DNA of 52,776 nt, from NCBI GenBank assembly GCA_009694125.1, contig SHVT01000003.1, forward strand, positions 1 to 52,776, given 5' to 3'. Shown here one piece after another: positions 21,761 through 30,227 of this stretch. The translations under genes were made by a program, and so were the position numbers. The first letter of the stretch is position 1; each line of letters starts with the position of its first letter. The notes below the pieces were generated by a model. The model saw nothing but the letters and a program-made list of their open reading frames with translations. It ran no database searches and had not been told where the DNA came from. This DNA comes from Rhodospirillaceae bacterium (GTDB lineage Bacteria > Pseudomonadota > Alphaproteobacteria > CACIAM-22H2).

Positions 21761-24700
21761 TCACGGTCGCCGCTGGGGCGGTGCCGGTTCGGTCTGGGGC
21801 TGCGCCCGCGGAACCCCGAGCAATCCCGGCAACAAATCCTGAATGATTGCGGCCGGCCCTTGCCGCAGTTCCTGCGGCAGGGCGCGCTGTAACACCGCGC
21901 CGAAGCCCTTTTGCAACAGGAAGGCCTGAAGCTGTTGGGTCTCGAAAATCCGGCGCGGCGAGTCGATCGGGCCCTCAAGGCGCATGAAAAAGGGCGGCGC
22001 GTTGGCGTGTTCGGTGAGGCGAAATTCATTGCGCAGGTCCAGTGTCCAGCGCGGCAGGTCGATGGCGCCGGTGGCGCGGCCTTCACCGGCCTGGGCGACG
22101 AACTTGATGTCGTTCGACGTGGCCACGCCCCGATCGAGGGCAAAGGCGCCTGACAGCGACGAAAACCGCGTGCGCCCCCCTCCCATCCCCGCGGCGATCA
22201 GCGACAGAAGATCGGAGACCCGGTCCAGGCGTTTCAGTTGATCGCTGACGGCGGTCAGATCGAAGCCCTCGATCGCGCCGTCATGGGCGGCGAAGCGGAT
22301 CTCGCCCTTGATGCTGGAGACCAAATCTGACGGGCTGGCGCCGCCCGCTCCAAGGCCAAGGCTGACATCGAGCGTGCCGCCAACCAGATTGACGCCCCCG
22401 GTGGCGAGCAGGGCCTGGCGAATATCGGCGCGGGTTAGCACCGCCGTCCCTTGGGCCACGAGCGCCGTGCGCGCATCGGCGCGGCCCTTCATCTCAAAAG
22501 CGCCGCCGAACAAGACGCCGTTGAGCCCGTTGAGGTCGAGGATGCCGCCCTTCAATCCCAAATCGAGCCGCGGCTTTTCCATGCGGAGCCGATCGAGGGA
22601 CAAGGAATTCGCTTCAAGCTTGAGGTCGCCGTCGAATTCCTTGAGGAACCCGAGATCGAACGGCTCGCGCGACCAGCGGGCGGTTGGCGCCGGGACCGGG
22701 GCCGGGCCGGCCGCGCGACCGGCGCCTGCGATCGCGGACGCCGCCAAAGCGCCGCCCAGGAACGGCTCCAGCAACAGGTCATCGCCGCTCAAGGCCATCG
22801 AGATTTTCGGCCGCGCCTCGCGCAAATCGGCGCGGGCCGTGCCCTTGGCATTCATCGGTCCCAGGCGCAGCATCATCGTATCGACGTCGAGCTGCGAGTC
22901 CGTCCCTTTCACCGAGATCGCCAGGGCAAAGGGTCCGTCGATCGCGGTCTGGCGGCCAGCGAGGCTCGCGACCAGTTGTTTGACCTCGGGATGCGCCGAT
23001 TCGAGCCGCAGGGTATAACGCGGCGCGAAGGGAAACAGGCCGGAGACCGTTCCCGCGATCCTGGTCTTGGCGCCGGCGACGATCAGGTCGGTGTCCACAG
23101 CCGTGGACAGCACCGTGCCCTCGGCGCGGGCGGCGACGGTTAATGGCCCGAGCGCCAGGCTCGGCGGCTCTTGCCCGAAAGCGCGCATGAGGCGGTTGGT
23201 GTCGGGATGGGCGATTTCGAGGCGAATGTCGTGGCGAAATCCGGTGGCCAGATCGCCCAATTTGCCGGCGAACTTGGCCTTGCCGCCGACGGCGGTCACA
23301 TCGATGTCTACCGTCGCCGATTGCAGGCTGCCCTCGACGCGCCCGTTCACCGTCGCCGGACCGATCCCCGCCGGCAGCGCATGGCCGGCGAGCCGCGACA
23401 GTCGGGTGGCGTCGGCGGCCCGCACATCGATCTGAAGCTTCGCCGATGGCGCCGTGCCATCCAGCCCGCCCACGGTGCCGCTCGCCTTCCCGCTGGCGCC
23501 GGCGAAGTCCCGCACCGCCAAATCACGAAGGTTCAACACGCCGGCCTGCAGCGTTCCGTCTAGAACGAGGCCCTGAACCACTTCACCCCGGACGGTCAGA
23601 TTGTCGATCCGCGCCTTGAGATTGGCGTCGAAACGTCCGGCGAGCCCGGAAAAGCCGCCCGGGGCCGAAGGCGCCCCGGCGGCCGCCGGGGCCTGGGGGG
23701 CGGGCGTCCCGGCGCCGGCGGGCGGCGCCGGCAGATAGGCGTCGAGATTGAGCCGGTCGACAACCAGATCGGCGCCAAAGGCCGGCCTTTGGCGCAGCGC
23801 GACCGCGATTCCGCCGGTCAAGCGGGACGCGTCGACTTGAAGATTGATCCCGGCAAGCTGCACCTCGCCGGGTGCGTAGCGAAGGGTCGAAGCAAAAGAG
23901 AGTTTGCGCAAACGATCCTGCGGCACGCCCCCGGTGTCGATTTGCAGCCAGGCGAGCAGCCCGCGCAGATTGTCCGCGGCGGCTTCCACGTTGCCTTCGA
24001 AGCGGGGTTGATCGCCGGCCTTGGACAACACGCCGAACAGCGAGGCCTCGGAGCCGCCGGGCAGTTGCGCGGTCGCCTGGTTGATCGTCAGCGTGCCGCC
24101 GGTGATGGCCGCGTTGACCCGCAATTGGCGAACGACGCCACGCCTGAATTCGATTCCATCGACCGTGAGGTCGAGGGCCGCTTCGATGCCGTTGGGCACG
24201 ATCAGGGACGAGGCGATGCCGGCATCCAAAGGCCCCGCTGGGGCCGCGGCCGGCGCGGCCGTAGGCGGCCGGGCGCCGCCGACCGGACCGGGAGCCGTTG
24301 GAGGCGCCGCGAGCAGCTTGTCCAGATCGAGCCGGTTGACCGAAAGCGCGACATCGACATGGGCGATCGTGTCCAGCGTGAGGTTGGCGGCGCCGGTGCC
24401 GCGTGTATCGCCAAGCTGGATGGCGATGTCGTCGACGGAAATCGACACCGGCGCGCCGACGGCGACGGTCAGGGCGGCATCGACGCTGAAGGCCTGGCGT
24501 AGGGCCGGCGGGGCTACCTTCGCCTGCCCAAAGGCGTCGATGAGCCCGGCCAGATCGGCGCCTTCGGCACGCAGCCGCCCGGTCAGCTTGATCGCGTTGC
24601 CGGCGCGGAACCCTCCTTTGAAGCTGGCCTTTGCCGAAACCGGCTTGACGTCCAAGGACACGCCGAAGGATGAGTCCTGGCCATCGGCCCACAAACCGCT

Positions 24701-25330
24701 CAAAACCTCGAACCCAACCGGGACACCGCGCAAGAGCGCCTCGCCCGCGCCCTGGAATGGCCCGCGCAGGGATTCGGCCCGCACCTGCGCGTTCACACCC
24801 TCGACCGTTTCCGCGGTCCCACCCTTGGCGTCGCGATAACTGATGCGGCCGCGTTCGATGTCGAGCCTCTCCAGCCGAATCGGCGGCGCCGCGCCCGCCG
24901 CGGAACCCGCCCCGTACTGGCCAACCGATGCGTTCGCCCCCGACGCCGCGAAGTTCCAATTAGCGCGCCCGTCGGCCAGGATTTCCAGGTCGATTTCGGG
25001 CTCCACCAGGGTCACGCTGTCGATTTCGATGCGGCCTTCGAGGAGGGCCGACCAAGCCACGCTGGCCCGCAACGATTTGAGCCGCACCATGTCGGGGGTC
25101 GAGGCGCCGGAAAGATTGGCCAGCCGGAGACCGCCCACCGAAAGGCGCGGCGTCGGCAACAGCGCGAGATCGACGTCGCCATCGATGCGAAGATCGCGGC
25201 CGGTGGCCTCGCGCACGCTCTCGGCGATCACGGATTTATAAGCGTTCCAGTCGAGGAAACTCGGCGCGACCAGGATCGCGACCAAGGCCAAGCCGAGAAC
25301 CGCCGCTATGCCAATTAGAAATCGCCTCAA
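21761..25330 (-). CDS. AsmA-family protein (1189 aa)
   Basis: N-terminal TM then PSFLDWNAYK..I...V..ATGR.L.IDG....LLP.P, GRANW, AsmA-like C-terminus (T.FSSL.G.F....GVA); GGAGG before TTG. Confidence 0.9.
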   Translation of the reverse strand: MRRFLIGIAAVLGLALVAILVAPSFLDWNAYKSVIAESVREATGRDLRIDGDVDLALLPTPRLSVGGLRLANLSGASTPDMVRLKSLRASVAWSALLEGRIEIDSVTLVEPEIDLEILADGRANWNFAASGANASVGQYGAGSAAGAAPPIRLERLDIERGRISYRDAKGGTAETVEGVNAQVRAESLRGPFQGAGEALLRGVPVGFEVLSGLWADGQDSSFGVSLDVKPVSAKASFKGGFRAGNAIKLTGRLRAEGADLAGLIDAFGQAKVAPPALRQAFSVDAALTVAVGAPVSISVDDIAIQLGDTRGTGAANLTLDTIAHVDVALSVNRLDLDKLLAAPPTAPGPVGGARPPTAAPAAAPAGPLDAGIASSLIVPNGIEAALDLTVDGIEFRRGVVRQLRVNAAITGGTLTINQATAQLPGGSEASLFGVLSKAGDQPRFEGNVEAAADNLRGLLAWLQIDTGGVPQDRLRKLSFASTLRYAPGEVQLAGINLQVDASRLTGGIAVALRQRPAFGADLVVDRLNLDAYLPAPPAGAGTPAPQAPAAAGAPSAPGGFSGLAGRFDANLKARIDNLTVRGEVVQGLVLDGTLQAGVLNLRDLAVRDFAGASGKASGTVGGLDGTAPSAKLQIDVRAADATRLSRLAGHALPAGIGPATVNGRVEGSLQSATVDIDVTAVGGKAKFAGKLGDLATGFRHDIRLEIAHPDTNRLMRAFGQEPPSLALGPLTVAARAEGTVLSTAVDTDLIVAGAKTRIAGTVSGLFPFAPRYTLRLESAHPEVKQLVASLAGRQTAIDGPFALAISVKGTDSQLDVDTMMLRLGPMNAKGTARADLREARPKISMALSGDDLLLEPFLGGALAASAIAGAGRAAGPAPVPAPTARWSREPFDLGFLKEFDGDLKLEANSLSLDRLRMEKPRLDLGLKGGILDLNGLNGVLFGGAFEMKGRADARTALVAQGTAVLTRADIRQALLATGGVNLVGGTLDVSLGLGAGGASPSDLVSSIKGEIRFAAHDGAIEGFDLTAVSDQLKRLDRVSDLLSLIAAGMGGGRTRFSSLSGAFALDRGVATSNDIKFVAQAGEGRATGAIDLPRWTLDLRNEFRLTEHANAPPFFMRLEGPIDSPRRIFETQQLQAFLLQKGFGAVLQRALPQELRQGPAAIIQDLLPGLLGVPRAQPQTEPAPPQRRP

Positions 25331-25456
25331 CGAATTACCTCCAGCGCGGCCGCTCTGCGACCCGCGGTGTTCTGCCCGGCGGATCGGTTCCCGTCTAACA
25401 CATGGGGACGCTCCGCGCCGTAGGCGCGGCGTCGATACGCCCGCAGGGGCGCCCGA

Positions 25457-26641
25457 TTACGCCAAGAACCCGATTTCGGCATGGGCGCGGCCCAGAACCG
25501 GGGCGGAGGCCACGCCCCACCAGCGGTTTAGCACCGTCGCATAAACGCTGCGGAAATCGACGGTGTGTTTGAGATCGCCATCGGCGAGGTCGTCCAGCGC
25601 CGGCTGGCGGCCGTGGAAGCCGCCCTTGATGCGCGGGGCCATGATGAAATGGGGCGCCGCGGTGCCGTGGTCGGTGCCCTCGCTGCGGTTTTCCGCGGGG
25701 CGGCGGCCGAATTCCGAATAGGTCATGATCAACACGCGGTCCCACATCCCGCTTTCGATCATCGCCAGCCGGAAGGCGGTCATGGATTCGGCGACCTCGC
25801 GCAGCAGCCGGTCATGGGTCGCCCGTTGGAAGCTGTGGTTATCGAATCCGCCTTGCGAAACCTTGATCACCGGGATGTCGAGGCCGCTGGCGACCAGCCG
25901 AGCCGCGTTCCGCATCTGGCCGCCGATGCCCGAACGCGGGAATTCCGTCTTTAGGTTCATGCGCGCGAGGTTCTTTTCGATGTCGGCGCCGGCAGCCTTC
26001 GCCTCCGCCTGCACCCGCATGACGTGTTGCAGAGCCGGATTGGCGCCAACGCCGCCGGGCATCTGCACCTGCTTGGCCTGGCGCGCGAAGGTCGCCGGAT
26101 CGTCCAGGACGATGACGCGGGCGTTGGTGCCCAACATCGGGCCGACATAGGGCCGGCCGAAGACCACGCCGTCGGCTGCCGCCGATGGCCTCGACAGCCG
26201 GCGCAGCGCGAAATAGCGCGCGAGCCAGCCTTCATCGGCGAACTCGTCGCTGTTGGATCCGGTGTCCCAAATTTCGATCGAACGGAAATGCGACCGGTTG
26301 GGCTGTGGATAGCCGGTGCCGAGAACGACGGCCAACTCACCCTTGTCCCATACCGGCTGAAGCGCCTTGAGCGCCGGGTTGAAGCCGAGGGTATCGTTGA
26401 GACGCAGCACGTCGGTCTTGGCGACCGCGAGTTTCGGGCGCAGTTCGTAATATTTCGGGTCGGCGTAGGGCACGACGGTGTTCAGCCCGTCATTGCCGCC
26501 ATTGAGTTCGATGAGGACAACGGTCTGGCCGGCGGTGCTGCCGCCGCTGGGGCCGGTCTTGGGGGCGATGGCGCAACCCGCCGGCAGCAATCCGCCGAGT
26601 GCGAGCGTGCTCGCGCGGACCAGGAAATCACGACGATTCAT
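25457..26641 (-). CDS. DUF1501 family protein, predicted Tat substrate/lipoprotein
   Basis: NRRDFL twin-arginine, LPAGC lipobox-like, EL.GGNDGLNTVVP, NRSHFRS, GGFDNH, YSEFGRR..EN.S.GTDHG, VDFRSVYATVL; GGAGG RBS. Confidence 0.9.
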   Translation of the reverse strand: MNRRDFLVRASTLALGGLLPAGCAIAPKTGPSGGSTAGQTVVLIELNGGNDGLNTVVPYADPKYYELRPKLAVAKTDVLRLNDTLGFNPALKALQPVWDKGELAVVLGTGYPQPNRSHFRSIEIWDTGSNSDEFADEGWLARYFALRRLSRPSAAADGVVFGRPYVGPMLGTNARVIVLDDPATFARQAKQVQMPGGVGANPALQHVMRVQAEAKAAGADIEKNLARMNLKTEFPRSGIGGQMRNAARLVASGLDIPVIKVSQGGFDNHSFQRATHDRLLREVAESMTAFRLAMIESGMWDRVLIMTYSEFGRRPAENRSEGTDHGTAAPHFIMAPRIKGGFHGRQPALDDLADGDLKHTVDFRSVYATVLNRWWGVASAPVLGRAHAEIGFLA

Positions 26642-26651
26642 GTTGCCTCCC

Positions 26652-28121
26652 TCACTTCATTTGATAGGCCGGATCGAGCAGGATGCGCTCGATCATGACG
26701 CTGGGATCGCGCCCGTCGAAGACCGTGGCCACAGGCGCGGTGGCCAGCAAGATGTTGGAGATCGCCTGCGGATTGCCGGCAAGCTGCGGGTTCATTTTCA
26801 TCCACCCGGCCACACCGAATTGGCGGAGCGGCGCCGGCGGCCGGTTCGTCATCACGGGATCGACCGCGGCCTGCATGGCCATCATCGCCTCCAGCCCGGT
26901 CGGAGCGGCGACGTTGACCTCCTCGCCGCGCAGGAAGCGGCCGAGGATGTCGCGCCGTTGAATCAGCGTATACGTGCTGACCCAATTGATGCCGCCCGGC
27001 CAGCCCTTCACATTGGGCGGGTTGAGGATGTCCTGTTGCAGGCGCCGGCCATAGTCGACGAGCGGCGCGGTATCGGACACCGGCATGTTAAGCATCCGGA
27101 TGGTGCCGACCAAAAGATCGACCGGGGATTTGACCAACACCGCGCGATTGGCCGGCGCGAGGAAGGCCGGCGACAGCAACATCGCCTCGACCAGCGCGCG
27201 GATGTTGTAGTCGCTCGCGCGGAAGATGCTGGCGAGGCGCTCGACCTCCTTCGGATCGGGGGTGTCGGAAATCAGGCTGCGCCACAGCTTAGCGGTGACG
27301 TAAAGCGCCACCTTGGGCTGGTCGAGCACGATGTTGACAATGTCCTCGCCGCCGAATTTGCCGGTGCGGCCGAAGACGGTTTTGGCGCCGTCGTCATGGT
27401 CGCGGGCGTTGAAGAAATAAGCGCCCGCCGTCTCGTTGACTTGCCATCCCGTGAAAGCGCGCGCGGCTTCCTTGATGTCCTTTTCGGTGTAGTTACCCTC
27501 GCCGAGGGTGAACAACTCGAACAGCTCGCGGGCGAAATTTTCGTTGGCCCCACCCTTCTTGTTGCTGACGTTGTCCAGGTACTTGATCATCGCCGGGTCC
27601 TTGGCGACGGCCATCAACATTGTGCGGAAGCTGCCGAAGGCGTTGCGGCGGAAAATCGCCTGTTGCGTGTAAATCAGGTCGGGCTGGCGGACCTTGTCGA
27701 AGCTCGAAGTGAAGTGATTGTGCCAGAACATCACCATGCGTTCGGTGAAAGGGGACGGCGTGGCGATCATCTCGCCATACCACCAGGCCTTCAGAGCCGC
27801 GGCCTCCCGATCGCGCGTGCGATTGAATTCCTGCTTCTCCAAATCGTCCTTGTTGCGGTACTGCCCCGGCCAATCGGGGCGGGTCGCGAGGAGATCGGGC
27901 AGCTTGGTGAAAGGCTCCTGACGCGCCGTGTCCAACACGCGTCGGACGGCTTGTTCATGGGTCAGTTTTTCGAGTGCCGCGATATCGTCCGGCCCGGCGC
28001 CAAAGCCGGTGCGCAGGAGAAAATGTTTTGCATCCGCCGCCGGCATGGCGGGAGCCGCGACGGGGGCCAAGACACCGGCCAGAAGGACCAGGCAGGCCCA
28101 GGACAAGGGGTGGAACGGCAT
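26652..28121 (-). CDS. DUF1800 family exported protein
   Basis: Signal peptide, HFLLRTGFG, ERMVMFWHNHF, DPAMIKYLDN, NENFARELFELFTLG, KSP, PPNVKGW, DPAYQMK; AAGGAG RBS before ATG 28121. Confidence 0.9.
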   Translation of the reverse strand: MPFHPLSWACLVLLAGVLAPVAAPAMPAADAKHFLLRTGFGAGPDDIAALEKLTHEQAVRRVLDTARQEPFTKLPDLLATRPDWPGQYRNKDDLEKQEFNRTRDREAAALKAWWYGEMIATPSPFTERMVMFWHNHFTSSFDKVRQPDLIYTQQAIFRRNAFGSFRTMLMAVAKDPAMIKYLDNVSNKKGGANENFARELFELFTLGEGNYTEKDIKEAARAFTGWQVNETAGAYFFNARDHDDGAKTVFGRTGKFGGEDIVNIVLDQPKVALYVTAKLWRSLISDTPDPKEVERLASIFRASDYNIRALVEAMLLSPAFLAPANRAVLVKSPVDLLVGTIRMLNMPVSDTAPLVDYGRRLQQDILNPPNVKGWPGGINWVSTYTLIQRRDILGRFLRGEEVNVAAPTGLEAMMAMQAAVDPVMTNRPPAPLRQFGVAGWMKMNPQLAGNPQAISNILLATAPVATVFDGRDPSVMIERILLDPAYQMK

Positions 28122-28249
28122 GATGTCGACTCCTTGCAAGACGCAGGACTTGAGAACCACGCCGGGAGACGAGATTCCCAGCTATCGATAATAAGACACC
28201 ATTCACAACAATGCAGCAGTGACCGACATCACGCCCCCGCCGGGAAGCG

Positions 28250-29680
28250 TTGACAGACCCACCGTCTGCGGCGATGTTCCGGCGGGTGAGCGGGTCTTCT
28301 CATCATCCCTCGCCGGCCGGCGAAGAGGCCGGCTGGCGATCCCTACAGGCCAAGGCCACGCTGAAACTGCTTGGCCAGCACGTGGACGCCGGCGATTTCG
28401 CCGCTGCGCGCGCGGAATACGCAACCCTGGCCGAATTGACCCGGAAACACCACGATCCCGAATTGCGCGAGACCTGCGCCAAGGGCGCCGCCGCGCTGCT
28501 CGGCGGAATCGGCAACACCGGCGATATCGTCGGCGCCGAGAGCCTGTACAACGAAGTCGCCTCCCTTTCCCACGACCATCCCGGCGAACCGCCCTTGCGC
28601 CGGTGGCGGGCCAGGGCGGCGTTCCTTTTGCTCACCACCTGTGGCACTGCGGGCGAGCTGATCGCCGCGCGTCAGGTGTATGGGGTGCTGGCGACGCTGG
28701 CCCAGGATTATCCCGGCGAGGCGGTTCTGCGTGAAGAATTGGCCAAGGGCGCGGTTCACCTCACCGCCGTGTTGAGCAAGGCCAAGCTCGATGACGAGGC
28801 GCGCGCCTTCTACGACACCCTAGCCGCGCTCGCGGCCAGCCGCCCCGACGAGCCGATCCTGCGCGAATTGCAGACCAAAGGTGCGGTCAACCTGATCGCC
28901 GGCTTCGCCGAGGTCGCCGACGCCGATTCCGCCCGCGCCTTGTACGCTACCGTCGCCGGCCTGGCCGCCGCCTATCCGGGCGAGGCGGGCTTGCGAGCGA
29001 TACAGGCGCGGGCCGTCGTCTCGCTCATCCTCGCGCTGGGCAAAGCGCGCCAAACCCACGCCGCGCGGCAGATGCACCGGGCGCTGATCGGGCTGGCCGC
29101 CGCCCATGCCGACGAAGCCCCGTTGCGCGTCGAACAGGCCCGCGGCGCGGTCAATCTGGTCGGCATGTTCGGGCGGACGGGTGATCCCGTCGCGGCGCGG
29201 GAGGCGCTCGCCACCATCGCCGCCGCCCATCCCGGCGACGCCGATGTGCGCGAACAACTCGCCAAGGGTGAGGTCAATCTGGTCGGCGCGCTGGCCGATG
29301 GCGGCGATTGCGACGGGGCCGGCGCGGTGTACCTGACGCTGCCCGCGCTCGCCGCCGCCCATCCCGACGAGCCGGCCTTGCGACGGATTCAGGCCATGGG
29401 CATGGTCAACTTGATCGCCGGCCTGGCCGGGCATGGACGGCTGGGTGAAGCCGAGGGCCTCCAGCGCGCGCTCGCCGCGATGGCCGTCGAAACTCCCGAC
29501 GACGAGGCGCTCCGCGCCGAACGCCTGAAGGGCAGCGCCAATGTCATCCGCATCTATGCCGAGACCGGCAAGGTGGCCGAGGCGCTGGCCCTGTACCAAG
29601 AGCTACAGGCGCTGTCGCTCGCCTATCCCGACGATTTGTTCCTCCAGCACCTGATGGCGCCCCCGGCGCGAGCCGGCTAA
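28250..29680 (+). CDS. Alpha-solenoid (TPR-like) protein made of about ten 44-aa repeats
   Basis: Recurring P(G/D)E..LR...A(K/R)GAVNL.......G....A...Y..L..LA..(H/Y) unit at 44-aa spacing; start uncertain. Confidence 0.8.
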   Translation: MTDPPSAAMFRRVSGSSHHPSPAGEEAGWRSLQAKATLKLLGQHVDAGDFAAARAEYATLAELTRKHHDPELRETCAKGAAALLGGIGNTGDIVGAESLYNEVASLSHDHPGEPPLRRWRARAAFLLLTTCGTAGELIAARQVYGVLATLAQDYPGEAVLREELAKGAVHLTAVLSKAKLDDEARAFYDTLAALAASRPDEPILRELQTKGAVNLIAGFAEVADADSARALYATVAGLAAAYPGEAGLRAIQARAVVSLILALGKARQTHAARQMHRALIGLAAAHADEAPLRVEQARGAVNLVGMFGRTGDPVAAREALATIAAAHPGDADVREQLAKGEVNLVGALADGGDCDGAGAVYLTLPALAAAHPDEPALRRIQAMGMVNLIAGLAGHGRLGEAEGLQRALAAMAVETPDDEALRAERLKGSANVIRIYAETGKVAEALALYQELQALSLAYPDDLFLQHLMAPPARAG

Positions 29681-29723
29681 TTCCGGAGTCGGGCAAGCCG
29701 GCCTGAGTCGGCAGCCCTTTGGC

Positions 29724-30178
29724 TTAGTCGCCGCGCCCGCCGTGGCGGCGCATGTCCTCGATCCAGCGCGCTCGTTTCTTTGCGTCGGCGAAGGTCAGCC
29801 CATACAGGCTTTCGCGGATCGGCTTGATCCCCGCGAAGCTCAACATGCTGCGCTCGAAGCTGCGCAGCCCATAGGCGCCGAAGTACCAGCGATACATCAA
29901 CACCGGCATTCCCATGGTCACGATGATGCGGGCCGAGCGGCCCGCGAGCAATCGTTTCGGAAAACCGTCCTTCCGGTATTCCAGGGCGAAACCGGGCCGG
30001 AAAATGTGTTCGAGAAAACCCTTGAACAGCGCCGGCATGGTTCCGTGCCAAAGCGGAAACAGAAACACCCAATGCTCCGCCCAGCGCATGTCGCCCTGAG
30101 CCTGAGTGAGAGTGGGCGTCGGCGTACCGGTCTCGAAATCGACCTGGGTGCGCAACATGGGAAAATCGAGCGTCGCCG
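29724..30178 (-). pseudogene. 5'-truncated NAD(P)H-dependent oxidoreductase (Flavodoxin_2/KefF-like fold)
   Basis: LDFPMLR, WAEHWVFLFPLWHGTMPALFKGFLE..FRPGFA, LLAGRSARIIVTMGMP are present; the usual N-terminal I.GHP strand/helix is absent. Confidence 0.65.
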
Positions 30179-30227
30179 CAGAGTACGTCGAAAACGCCGC
30201 CAACGACCCGATGAAACCAGTTGGCCT

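Noticed and set aside
25413-25429. CCGCGCC-GTA-GGCGCGG hairpin between DUF1501 and asmA
   Set aside because: Short GC-only stem with no U-tract; likely by chance at this GC content
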